Of a DNA stretch of 64,000 nucleotides, positions 27,736 through 36,102 are shown piece by piece. A model generated the notes under the pieces. It was not told the DNA's origin and made no database searches. It saw only the letters and a program-made list of their open reading frames with translations. The translations under genes were made by a program, and so were the position numbers. Position 1 is the stretch's first letter. Each line of letters opens with the position of its first letter. This DNA comes from Dehalococcoidia bacterium (GTDB lineage: Bacteria > Chloroflexota > Dehalococcoidia > Lucifugimonadales > UBA3495): the NCBI GenBank assembly GCA_965220055.1, contig CBDCPE010000003.1, positions 19,374-83,373 of the forward strand, in the 5' to 3' direction.

Positions 27736-28197
27736 TCAACACGCGGCCAGGTTGGCGTCTGGCACGATGATACCGTTGGCGCGCTGCAGCTCGCGGATGT
27801 AGCAGATGATGTTCGGGACGTCCTCATCCGACACGGTGGGGACGGGGGGCATATTGCCGAACTGCCAGTGATGCGCCGGCACACCGTTTCGCACCGCGCT
27901 TTGAATGGTGAAGTCCTGGTGGTGGCCGGGTTCGTAAATCTTATGGACCAGGGGAGGGCCGAGACCGGTGCCCGAGGCGTTGGGCCCGTGGCACAGCGCG
28001 CAGTTGGCGTTGAACACCCGCTTTCCTGCCTCCGCGCGTTCCGATAACGCCGGCTCCACCACCGGTAATTCTGAGCCGGAAACGGGGGTCGCTGGGGGTA
28101 TTTGGGTCGGCGGTTCTGCACCGGAACAACCGGCGAGGACGAGCGCCACCATCGCAACCGCCAGGACGACGAACACGCATCCACGCATCCCGTTCAT
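27736..28197 (-). CDS. Lipoprotein c-type cytochrome
   Basis: Signal peptide with lipobox LAGCSG. One CxxCH haem motif (CALCH). Confidence 0.75.
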   Translation of the reverse strand: MNGMRGCVFVVLAVAMVALVLAGCSGAEPPTQIPPATPVSGSELPVVEPALSERAEAGKRVFNANCALCHGPNASGTGLGPPLVHKIYEPGHHQDFTIQSAVRNGVPAHHWQFGNMPPVPTVSDEDVPNIICYIRELQRANGIIVPDANLAAC

Positions 28198-28255
28198 TTG
28201 GCGATCACCGTCCCCGCGCCGGCCGTTGGAGTACGGTCCGATTTATGCCGATGGA

Positions 28256-29194
28256 CTAACTGCCCAACGGCCCGTGGAAACGCGGCAGGATCTCCTCGCC
28301 GGCCTGCTCCAACTGTTCCATGGACTCGGTGCCGGCGCACAGGGGACGGATCACGAACTTGAACCCGCCGGCGTCGACGTACTGATCGATGAAGTCGCCG
28401 ATCTGCTCGGAGGTGCCAACGGCGGAGTACTCAGTGAAGTGCGCGTCCGGGCGCTGACGGGTGACGAACTGCTCGGACCTGGCCTCGCCCTCTTTCTGGT
28501 CATCGCAGATGTAGTACCCGATGAGGACGCCGACGTGATCCTCCTCGATCTCCCGGTCACACTGCTGGGCGGTTTCGAACACGATCTCCCGGCCCGAGCG
28601 GATTTCATCCGGAGTGGCGCTGGACACTAGCCAGCCATCTCCCACGCGGCCCACCCGACGGGCGGCGGCGGGGCTGCGCCCACCGATCCATACCGGCGGC
28701 GAGGGCTTGAGGAAGGTGCGGGGCGTTACCGACACGTTGTGGGTGGTGAAAAAGTCTCCCTCGTAGGTGACGTCTTCCTCCTCCCAGAGGCGCCGCATCA
28801 GGACGATGGCCTCGTCGGTGCGGCGGGCGCGGTCAGCCTTGGGGACGCCACACGCCTCGTACTCGTCAGGATCCTCCTGACCGAGGCCGACGGCGGGGAA
28901 GAAGCGGCCCTGGGAGAGCCAATCCAGCGTGGCAACTTGCTTGGCCAGCACCACCGGGTTGCGCAGCGGCAGGGCCAACACGCTGGTGCCGAACTTCAGA
29001 CGGTCCGAATAGCCGGCCACCAGGGACAGCGCAACCATGGGCTCCAGGCTGAACCTGTCGCTGCAAATACGGTCGCTGAGCCAGATCGAGTCGTACTCGT
29101 ATTTGTCGCCCAGTTCCACCAGGGTGCGGAGGAAATTGGGGTCGTCGCCTCCCTGTCCGAATGCTCCGGGGACGTAGCCGATGGCAACGCTCAT
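28256..29194 (-). CDS. LLM-class F420/flavin-dependent oxidoreductase
   Basis: Start MSVAIGYVP with an AGGAGG RBS. ..YDSIWLSDR.., ..VATLDWLSQGR is a luciferase-like pattern. Confidence 0.85.
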   Translation of the reverse strand: MSVAIGYVPGAFGQGGDDPNFLRTLVELGDKYEYDSIWLSDRICSDRFSLEPMVALSLVAGYSDRLKFGTSVLALPLRNPVVLAKQVATLDWLSQGRFFPAVGLGQEDPDEYEACGVPKADRARRTDEAIVLMRRLWEEEDVTYEGDFFTTHNVSVTPRTFLKPSPPVWIGGRSPAAARRVGRVGDGWLVSSATPDEIRSGREIVFETAQQCDREIEEDHVGVLIGYYICDDQKEGEARSEQFVTRQRPDAHFTEYSAVGTSEQIGDFIDQYVDAGGFKFVIRPLCAGTESMEQLEQAGEEILPRFHGPLGS

Positions 29195-29307
29195 GGTGGT
29201 TGGCCTCCTTGGTGGTCGATGATCGCCTGACCCGTATTGTAGCAAAGGCCGGTGCGGCCGTTGCGGACGGAGACGTCGATCTGCTCGGTTTTCGATCTGC
29301 GCGCGAA

Positions 29308-30249
29308 TCAGCCTAGAATCGGATCCAGGCCGGCCTCGGCCCTTGCGTCGTTAATGTGGTCGAGGACACGCATGCGCAGGGGCGGCAGCTCGTATCCGAC
29401 GTCGGCCATCATGCGGCTGTTGTCCACGAGATACACGTGGGGCACCGGACGGCTACCGGTGGTGATGCTGGCATCGGGAATGTAGGAGCGCACCATGTCG
29501 GCCACGTCGGCGATGGTGGCCAATTCGCCGCCGCTGATATAGATGTTGTGGCTCAGCTGGTCCGCGAGGGCGACCCGAACGAAGATCTCGGCGGCGTCCT
29601 CGGCATGGATCATGGGAGAGGCTTCCTGGGGATCGAAGTCCATGCTGACGGCCTGGCCGATGGCCGGGAGGGACATCATCAGCCCGCCGATCATGCCAGT
29701 CATGCCGGTGACGCGCCCGTGTCCAAAGACGGTGCAGATGCGCACGCCGCGAATGTCGAGACCGTGCAAGGTGCGGTAGCGGGCGGCGGCAAAGTCGTTC
29801 ACCGCCTTGGTCATTCCGTACACGTTGATGGGCGCCGGCAGATCGTCCTCGATCAGCGGGCGGTCGCCGAAGGTGTCCTGGACGCCGTACACGGCGATGC
29901 TGCTGGCATACACCACGCGGCGGATGTTGCCCCAGCGGGCGGCCTCGAAGATGTTGTTGGTGCCGTCGATGTTGACCGCCATGCCCGTGGCCGGCCGGTC
30001 TTCGGTGTCGGGCGGCAGCAGGGCCGCCATGTGGATGATGCGGTCCACGTTGTGACGGTTGACCGCTTCCAGCAGGTGTTCCAGGCGGGTCACATCGCCC
30101 CGATAGATGGATATGCGGTGGAGCAGCGGCTGCAGGTTCGCGCGCGGCGGAGCCAGGTCGAAGCAGACCACCTCCTCGCCGCGTTCCACCAGCTTGCGGA
30201 TGATGCGGTTTCCGATAAACCCGGTGCCGCCGGTAACCATCACTGACAT
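29308..30249 (-). CDS. NAD-dependent epimerase/dehydratase family protein
   Basis: MVTGGTGFIGNRIIRKL.. extended-SDR Rossmann motif, and YxxxK (YGMTK). Confidence 0.85.
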   Translation of the reverse strand: MSVMVTGGTGFIGNRIIRKLVERGEEVVCFDLAPPRANLQPLLHRISIYRGDVTRLEHLLEAVNRHNVDRIIHMAALLPPDTEDRPATGMAVNIDGTNNIFEAARWGNIRRVVYASSIAVYGVQDTFGDRPLIEDDLPAPINVYGMTKAVNDFAAARYRTLHGLDIRGVRICTVFGHGRVTGMTGMIGGLMMSLPAIGQAVSMDFDPQEASPMIHAEDAAEIFVRVALADQLSHNIYISGGELATIADVADMVRSYIPDASITTGSRPVPHVYLVDNSRMMADVGYELPPLRMRVLDHINDARAEAGLDPILG

Positions 30250-30303
30250 TAATGGACCTCCGAAAGGGCGGGTTGATAGATATTATGATTCCGTTGCCCT
30301 GAG

Positions 30304-30525
30304 CTATGTCTTCTTGGCGCGGTTGTTTGGCGTACTTGCGTTTTCAGGAGGCTGCCACTGTTTGGGAATTCTGTCGCCGGTTTGGGACCGCGGCGGGCCG
30401 CTCATACGCCCAAGTTGCACAGATGCAGCATCGCGCAGGTCAATCTCACCGGTAACGCTATCAGGCTCACCGGTAACGCTATCCGGATTTTGTTCGGGAG
30501 TAAGTTCGTCTTGCTCGTTAGGCAC
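30304..30525 (-). CDS. Hypothetical small protein (73 aa) with a tandem PDSVTGE repeat
   Basis: GTG start. Shares a K-(K/Q)-W-Q-x-P...(S/T)-T-P motif with the adjacent 54-aa ORF despite divergent DNA, which supports coding. Confidence 0.35.
   Translation of the reverse strand: MPNEQDELTPEQNPDSVTGEPDSVTGEIDLRDAASVQLGRMSGPPRSQTGDRIPKQWQPPENASTPNNRAKKT
30445..30486. repeat. 21-bp tandem duplication (one mismatch)
   Basis: CTCACCGGTAACGCTATCAGG followed by CTCACCGGTAACGCTATCCGG. Confidence 0.85.
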
Positions 30526-30536
30526 AATTGAATCCC

Positions 30537-30701
30537 CTAGTCGGCGTTTTGCTTCTCACGGTCGGCGGGTGTGGTTTGTCCAGTGGGCGTCTGCCATTTC
30601 TTGACCTTGCCACCGGCCGGCCTCGGCATAGGCCGGCCACCTCCACGTCGCTTTTCCATCGGAACCGTCCTTTCATGCGGATCCAATTCTTTCTCTTTCA
30701 T
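30537..30701 (-). CDS. Hypothetical small basic protein (54 aa, not in the supplied ORF track)
   Basis: Hand-translated: MKEKELDPHERTVPMEKRRGGGRPMPRPAGGKVKKWQTPTGQTTPADREKQNAD*. Its ATG overlaps the TAA of the upstream 234-aa gene (TAATG). Confidence 0.35.
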   Translation of the reverse strand: MKEKELDPHERTVPMEKRRGGGRPMPRPAGGKVKKWQTPTGQTTPADREKQNAD

Positions 30702-31405
30702 TAGGTTGAAGCCTCCTCATTGACGTGCACGGTCCTTCTATACCATCCTTCCGCTTCTCGGGGTTCCGATGCGTTGGAAACCCATGCCGATACGACTATA
30801 GCCGTGATTTCAGCTGGAATGATGAAATCATACGTCATCTGCTCCGTCTCATTGGGTTCAATCACTATCCCTTCCGTTACAGTCTCTTCTTTCCTCAGGC
30901 GCCACGGGAATTCGATATCCTGCTCGCCGGCCGGAGTGCCGTCAAACTCGCGCTCCATTTCCTGAATGGTCTCGTCGTCGTACGGCGACACCACTTTCAA
31001 CTGCCAAATTACGCGATTGACGCGGCATAGACCTGTTCCGGTATTCTTCGAGTTGAGGGCAACCATCACGGCGTCGTATTGGAGGCTTGCCGGCACTCGT
31101 ACCACCTGTAGTTCCATCGTGAGGTTAGGGATGTGTTCTCTACCCCGCCGGTAGTTGCGGTCGGCTACGTAAAGCGTCACCAAGAACGCCGCCGCCGTTC
31201 CAGACGTGCCGGCCACCATTCCCAGCCTTCCAACATCAATGGTAGCAATACCTCGGGGCGGAGTGCTATCTACCCAAGTATAGACGTTCTGCGTAACAGC
31301 AATAGCCAGGGTGATCGCCAGTGAAATTGCAAAGGAGATGATTGCCGCTTTGGGGATCCAACTGCCGGCGATAGCATCCAGAACGTTTCTGATTTCGCTC
31401 CCCAT
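30701..31405 (-). CDS. Hypothetical membrane protein (two N-terminal TM helices plus a soluble C-terminal domain)
   Basis: 234 aa in a lower-GC region. TM segments AAIISFAISLAITLAIAV and LGMVAGTSGTAAAFLVTLYVA. No recognised motif. Confidence 0.6.
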   Translation of the reverse strand: MGSEIRNVLDAIAGSWIPKAAIISFAISLAITLAIAVTQNVYTWVDSTPPRGIATIDVGRLGMVAGTSGTAAAFLVTLYVADRNYRRGREHIPNLTMELQVVRVPASLQYDAVMVALNSKNTGTGLCRVNRVIWQLKVVSPYDDETIQEMEREFDGTPAGEQDIEFPWRLRKEETVTEGIVIEPNETEQMTYDFIIPAEITAIVVSAWVSNASEPREAEGWYRRTVHVNEEAST

Positions 31406-31504
31406 ACCGCAATTCTAACTCTGCCGGCGCCGCATGGCTTTCTCCGTGTGTATCTATCGACGCGGCACACTGGCTGTCGACCTCGGTCTACAGCAGAAAA
31501 GACG

Positions 31505-32125
31505 TTACCTGCTATTGTACCCCGGTCCACGAAGCGGACTGTCGAAGTGTTCGCCCATCTTCAACGTGCCCATGATGTCGTTCCACACCGCCTCGGCGCG
31601 ATCGGCGTCCTCGGGCCAGTAGCTGAACGTGAGCAACGCGTGGATGGATTTCCTGTGATCCCTGGTGATGGCGATGCGAGAATGGGCCGTGCGGTTTTCC
31701 CCAGGGTCGATAAACTCGGTCTCCACCCAAGCCATTTCCAGGTCGCCAAACTTGATGGTGATGGGAGCGCCCACCACGGGCGCGCCTCTGCGCTTGCGCC
31801 TGCGGGTTGCCCTGCTTGCCCGATCGATAGGCTCATCAGTCGTGACGGTTTTGATCAACTCGGATAACGGCAGGTCACTCCAGTCGATCTGGAGGCCGTA
31901 GGCTCCGGCGTAAATCACCGTCACCTCCAGGATCATCGTGTCGTCGGGATGTTGGGCGTCGCGGAATTTTACCGACTTGCGGGAGGGTTCCACCAACCAG
32001 TGCTGGGGGATTTCAAAACGCAGCGCGCCGCGGTCGGCGACGAAAACCTTGTTGCCCGGCTTGGCCGTCCACCCGTGGTTCTCCGGAAGGTTTAAAACCT
32101 GCTTGCGCCAGTTCTGGTTGTCCAC
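31505..32125 (-). CDS. Hypothetical protein (206 aa)
   Basis: Clean ORF divergent from the methyltransferase gene. Contains an internal basic patch RRRKRR. No recognised motif. Confidence 0.55.
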   Translation of the reverse strand: MDNQNWRKQVLNLPENHGWTAKPGNKVFVADRGALRFEIPQHWLVEPSRKSVKFRDAQHPDDTMILEVTVIYAGAYGLQIDWSDLPLSELIKTVTTDEPIDRASRATRRRKRRGAPVVGAPITIKFGDLEMAWVETEFIDPGENRTAHSRIAITRDHRKSIHALLTFSYWPEDADRAEAVWNDIMGTLKMGEHFDSPLRGPGYNSR

Positions 32126-32358
32126 CGGTCACCTGCCTCAGGTTCGAGCTGTCTATTAGGTATGGAGGCATTATAGACGATGCCGCCGACGGGGTTGCCG
32201 AGGCGGATCGGATTGTCGTCGCGTTTGGGCCTCATTGGTGACATCCGTATGTTGCGGTCTGGTAGTCGGCAGATTATGATTCGTCCCACGCGCCCGGCAG
32301 AGGCGTGCACCCGCGAAGGCACTTGCCTCGGGTGACCTGGCAACAAGGGTAAGGCCCG

Positions 32359-33678
32359 TTGGCGATGGCGCAAGCATCTGAAAGACCGTTTCAGGATCCC
32401 GCATTCTCGCAAAATAAACGCGTACCGGTTCACCGTTGGGTACCGTGGGTGGCCGGTTATTCGCAGCGCTTTGCGGAAGACGCTTTGAACAGATACGCCA
32501 ATGGGACAGAACAATTGGTATTGGATCCATTCGCGGGAGTCGGCACTACGCTGATCGAAGCCGACCGCGCCGGGCATCGCGCGGTAGGGTTTGAAATCAA
32601 CCCTTACGCCGCTTTTGTTTGCCAGACGAAGCTACGCGCCCATCGCATCAGAACTTCTGCGCTTCGACAAACAATAGACGAACTGCTTCGCTACGCGAAA
32701 TCCATTGATACAGACCAGCTTGTACCCAAATCATCACCACCGGATGGATTTCGAACCCGTTCACCGTTTTATAGCCCCAAGGTTTTGGAGAAAGTACTGC
32801 TGTTGATGGACTTCATCAGTGATCAAGACGATGAAGTTATCAAGGACGTAATGCGGCTCGCGTTCGCGGCAACTATGGTCGACTACTCCAACTATTCTTA
32901 TGAACCGAGCCTCGGTAGAAGAAAAGCTGTGGGACGTGCAGAAATCGATGATTTCCCTGTCATAGCCACTCTAGTCAAGAAACTCACAGACATTGCAGAC
33001 GATTCCGACTGGTACAGATCCAACCGGGTCTGTCTCGACCGCCCTGATGGCGTCGTTCACGCTCGGTCGTTTTTTGAAGACGATAGTCTGGAACCTTCCA
33101 GTGTTGATCTGATCATCACGTCTCCGCCGTACATGAACAACTACCACTACAATCGTAATACTAGGCCCCACATGTACTGGCTCCAGTTTTGCCAATCGCC
33201 AAAGGATCTCAAAACCCTAGAATGGCAAAACTTTGGGACCTCATGGCAGCTGGCAAGAGAACGGGCAGCGGTTGACTTGGACTCCGCCATCGCTGATGAC
33301 GAGATACTTCAGACGATTACCGAAATTGGCCGACAGAACCCAGGAAAGGGCGTTTATGGTGGCATGGGATGGGCGAATTATGCCGTATCCTATCTGAATG
33401 ATTGCGTGCGGTTTATGCGGGGCGTACGCAGCGTGCTGCGGCCCGGAGCAACCGCGTTGGTGGTGATTGGAAACAGCGTGGTACAAGGTGTGCACGTACC
33501 CACAGACCGATTTTTAGCCAGCATAGCAAAAAGTTGTGGCCTCGAAGTGACGGATATTCATACCCCACGCGAGGCCCGGGTGGGCAGCAGCATCATTAAC
33601 TCAAGCGTCCGGGTGGCGCGGGCGGGCCCACAAAACCGCCTGTACGAGTCTGTCGTCGAAATTCGCCAGTCAACATGA
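32359..33678 (+). CDS. Site-specific DNA amino-methyltransferase (N4-C or N6-A type, SPPY motif)
   Basis: AdoMet motif LDPFAGVGTTLIEA..GR.AVGFEINP near the N-terminus. Catalytic motif IITSPPYMNNY at about residue 255. Overlaps the downstream nuclease gene (ATGA). Confidence 0.8.
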   Translation: MAMAQASERPFQDPAFSQNKRVPVHRWVPWVAGYSQRFAEDALNRYANGTEQLVLDPFAGVGTTLIEADRAGHRAVGFEINPYAAFVCQTKLRAHRIRTSALRQTIDELLRYAKSIDTDQLVPKSSPPDGFRTRSPFYSPKVLEKVLLLMDFISDQDDEVIKDVMRLAFAATMVDYSNYSYEPSLGRRKAVGRAEIDDFPVIATLVKKLTDIADDSDWYRSNRVCLDRPDGVVHARSFFEDDSLEPSSVDLIITSPPYMNNYHYNRNTRPHMYWLQFCQSPKDLKTLEWQNFGTSWQLARERAAVDLDSAIADDEILQTITEIGRQNPGKGVYGGMGWANYAVSYLNDCVRFMRGVRSVLRPGATALVVIGNSVVQGVHVPTDRFLASIAKSCGLEVTDIHTPREARVGSSIINSSVRVARAGPQNRLYESVVEIRQST

Positions 33679-34256
33679 CCGAGCTCTACAATCCGCTCAC
33701 GTACGACAATCTAATGGCTGGAACGGTGCTTGAGTTTGAGCGCCGGCCTCTCCTACAACTAGCGGATGATATATCTGTGCTCGGTCCGGGCATTTATTGC
33801 CTAATTTACGCGGGGCGCTTCGCTGCGTACAGCGAAATCGCCGGGTCCGGCAAGCCGATTTATGTCGGTAGGGCGGTTCCGCCAGGATCTCGGCGCGGAG
33901 ACGCGATCAACGTGGATGCCCCCGCATTGCGGGATCGGTTACGAATTCACGCGCGTTCCATTGATCAAGCATCGAATTTAGACATCGGCGACTTCCGTTG
34001 CCGATATCTGGCAATGGAGCCAGTTTGGATTACCCTCGCCGAGCGTTTCACTATCGACCACTACAAACCCGTGTGGAATCGCTGCTTGGACGGGTTCGGA
34101 GACAACAATCCGGGTTCAGGACGATATAACGGCGAGAGGAGTTGGTGGGATACGTTGCACCCTGGTCGCGCTTGGGCAGACAACCTGCGGGAGGTTAAAA
34201 CCGTGAGCGAGGCGCTCGAGCGGGTGCAATCGTTTTTCTCTTCCGAACAGGCGTGA
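33675..34256 (+). CDS. Eco29kI-family GIY-YIG restriction endonuclease
   Basis: GIYCLIY..KPIYVGRAVPPGSRRG..RL..H..SI....NL...DF.CRYL....VWI..AE...I..YKPVWN..LDGFGDNNPGSGR....RSWWDTLHPGR closely follows the Eco29kI pattern I remember. Confidence 0.8.
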   Translation: MTELYNPLTYDNLMAGTVLEFERRPLLQLADDISVLGPGIYCLIYAGRFAAYSEIAGSGKPIYVGRAVPPGSRRGDAINVDAPALRDRLRIHARSIDQASNLDIGDFRCRYLAMEPVWITLAERFTIDHYKPVWNRCLDGFGDNNPGSGRYNGERSWWDTLHPGRAWADNLREVKTVSEALERVQSFFSSEQA

Positions 34257-34318
34257 CGCCTGCTGGAGTATGAAGGTCGACGGGGTTCACATGTGACCGG
34301 AGTTGTTGTGGCTCCCCG

Positions 34319-35143
34319 CTACCCGTTCCCGCTCCCCACGTCGCGGCGTTCCGTCACCAACACGGCCAGCGCTATAAACGCGGCTGCGTAGATCGCCACC
34401 GCCGGCAGGAAGACCCACGAGCCTATATCGTCGTCGCGGCCCATCAGGCCACGGGTGACGCCCCACAGCGTCCAGCGGGTGTAGTCGTTCAGGTTCACGT
34501 CCAGCGCCAGCTGGGAAATCGCCCCCGCCGCCGGATAGGCGATCGATTCGACGATCAGAACGGCGATGCCAACACCCAATCCAAAGGCGGTGGAGCGTCC
34601 CACGGCGCACAGCAACGCCCCCAGCAGCAGGTAGACGATCGCGACGGGCCATGCGGAGACGAACCTGCCCGCGCTCTCGGCCCAGCTTCTGGCGTCCCAC
34701 GGCATGATTTCCACCGCCTGCGTCGGCGGGTCTGCTGCGACCAAGCCCACCGCTGTGGCCAGGATCCATGACCCGGCCCACACAACCGCCAGGACGGATG
34801 CCGCCAGGACAAGTTTCGCCGTCACCACCTGCCAGCGGCGCTGTCCCCGGGCGAAAAGCGGGCGGAAGGTTCCCCATCCGTAGTCGCTGCCGAAGACCAT
34901 TCCGGCCAGGATGATCCCCACGAAAGGCCCGAGCCGCGACAGCAACTCGAACAGCAGCAGAGGGTATCTGTATGACGGTATCGCAAAGTCGGACTGGATC
35001 AGCCGCAGCACTCCGGCCGCCACCACCAGCGTTCCGACCACCGCGACCGCCAGCAGGCCCAGAACCACCCAGAATTCTATCCTCCGGCGCAGGCGGAACC
35101 ACTCCCACCGGATTGTGTTCGTGAGCACGGCGACGGTGGTCAT
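34319..35143 (-). CDS. ABC-2 type transporter permease
   Basis: Start MTTVAVLTNTIRWEW.. overlaps the ATPase stop (ATGA). About six hydrophobic helices. Confidence 0.75.
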   Translation of the reverse strand: MTTVAVLTNTIRWEWFRLRRRIEFWVVLGLLAVAVVGTLVVAAGVLRLIQSDFAIPSYRYPLLLFELLSRLGPFVGIILAGMVFGSDYGWGTFRPLFARGQRRWQVVTAKLVLAASVLAVVWAGSWILATAVGLVAADPPTQAVEIMPWDARSWAESAGRFVSAWPVAIVYLLLGALLCAVGRSTAFGLGVGIAVLIVESIAYPAAGAISQLALDVNLNDYTRWTLWGVTRGLMGRDDDIGSWVFLPAVAIYAAAFIALAVLVTERRDVGSGNG

Positions 35144-36093
35144 CCGGGTTCCTGGTCCGCCTCGCTGGTCACTTCCATGAATCCGGCCTCCAGGGAACCG
35201 GACGCCGGACGCAGTTGGGAGACGTACACGCCGGCGTCGGCGAGGTCGCGGCTGATTTCCCACTCGCGTCCCGGAGCGGCCGAGACCTCCACGCCGTCCT
35301 CGGATCGGCTCCTGATTTCCCAGCCGGCATCCGTGAGCACGGTGACCGCGCGGTCGTCGTCGGTGGTGCGTATCAGCGCCGACGCGCGGGCGCCCATGCC
35401 GGCCACGGGGCCACAATACAGCAGCTTGCCACGCCGCAGGACGGCAACCTGGTCGCAGACCTGTTCCACCTCATTGAGCAGATGGCTCGCCAGGATTACG
35501 GTGCGACGGCCGTTGGCGGCCAGGTCACGGATGAGATCGCGCACTTCGATGATTCCGACCGGGTCGAGACCGTTGGTCGGCTCGTCGAGGATCAGAAGCG
35601 ACGGATCGCCCAGCAAGGTGGCGGCGATCCCGAGGCGCTGTTTCATGCCGGTAGAACACGCGCGGAACTTGCGCCGGGCCGCGTCACCCGCCAGGTTGAC
35701 GGCATCCAGCAGGTCGGCGATCTCCGCGTCGCCGCCGTCCGAGCCGTATACACCTTGCAGGCACTTCAGGTTGTCCCGACAGGACAGATAGGGCCAGAAC
35801 ATCGGGCGTTCGATGAGCGCTCCAACTTTTTCCAATGCCTGCGCTTGCCCTGCTGGTCCGTCGTGTCCGAACAGCGTGACCGTCCCATCGGTGGGACGGA
35901 TGAAGCCCGACAGCATGGAGAGCAGGGTGGTCTTGCCGGAGCCGTTGGGGCCAAGCAGGCCGAAAACGCCTCCGGAGGGAATGTCCAGGCTCACCCCGTC
36001 CACCGCCGTGACCCGGCCAAACCGCTTAGTCAGGCCCGAAACCGAGACGGCCGGCACGACCCCCTGCGATGACGCGGAAACGGTGTCCGTCAC
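35140..36093 (-). CDS. ABC transporter ATP-binding protein
   Basis: Walker A GPNGSGKTT, signature STGMKQR, Walker B LLILDEP. Confidence 0.9.
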   Translation of the reverse strand: MTDTVSASSQGVVPAVSVSGLTKRFGRVTAVDGVSLDIPSGGVFGLLGPNGSGKTTLLSMLSGFIRPTDGTVTLFGHDGPAGQAQALEKVGALIERPMFWPYLSCRDNLKCLQGVYGSDGGDAEIADLLDAVNLAGDAARRKFRACSTGMKQRLGIAATLLGDPSLLILDEPTNGLDPVGIIEVRDLIRDLAANGRRTVILASHLLNEVEQVCDQVAVLRRGKLLYCGPVAGMGARASALIRTTDDDRAVTVLTDAGWEIRSRSEDGVEVSAAPGREWEISRDLADAGVYVSQLRPASGSLEAGFMEVTSEADQEPG

Positions 36094-36102
36094 GGCAGAC
36101 GA

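Noticed and set aside
34287-35416. Long N-terminal extension of the ABC-2 permease ORF (365 aa), and the overlapping 273-aa ORF 34287-35108.
   Set aside because: The extension overlaps the upstream ATPase gene and is Arg/Gly/Pro-rich. An internal ATG at 35143 overlaps the ATPase stop (ATGA) and begins the hydrophobic protein.
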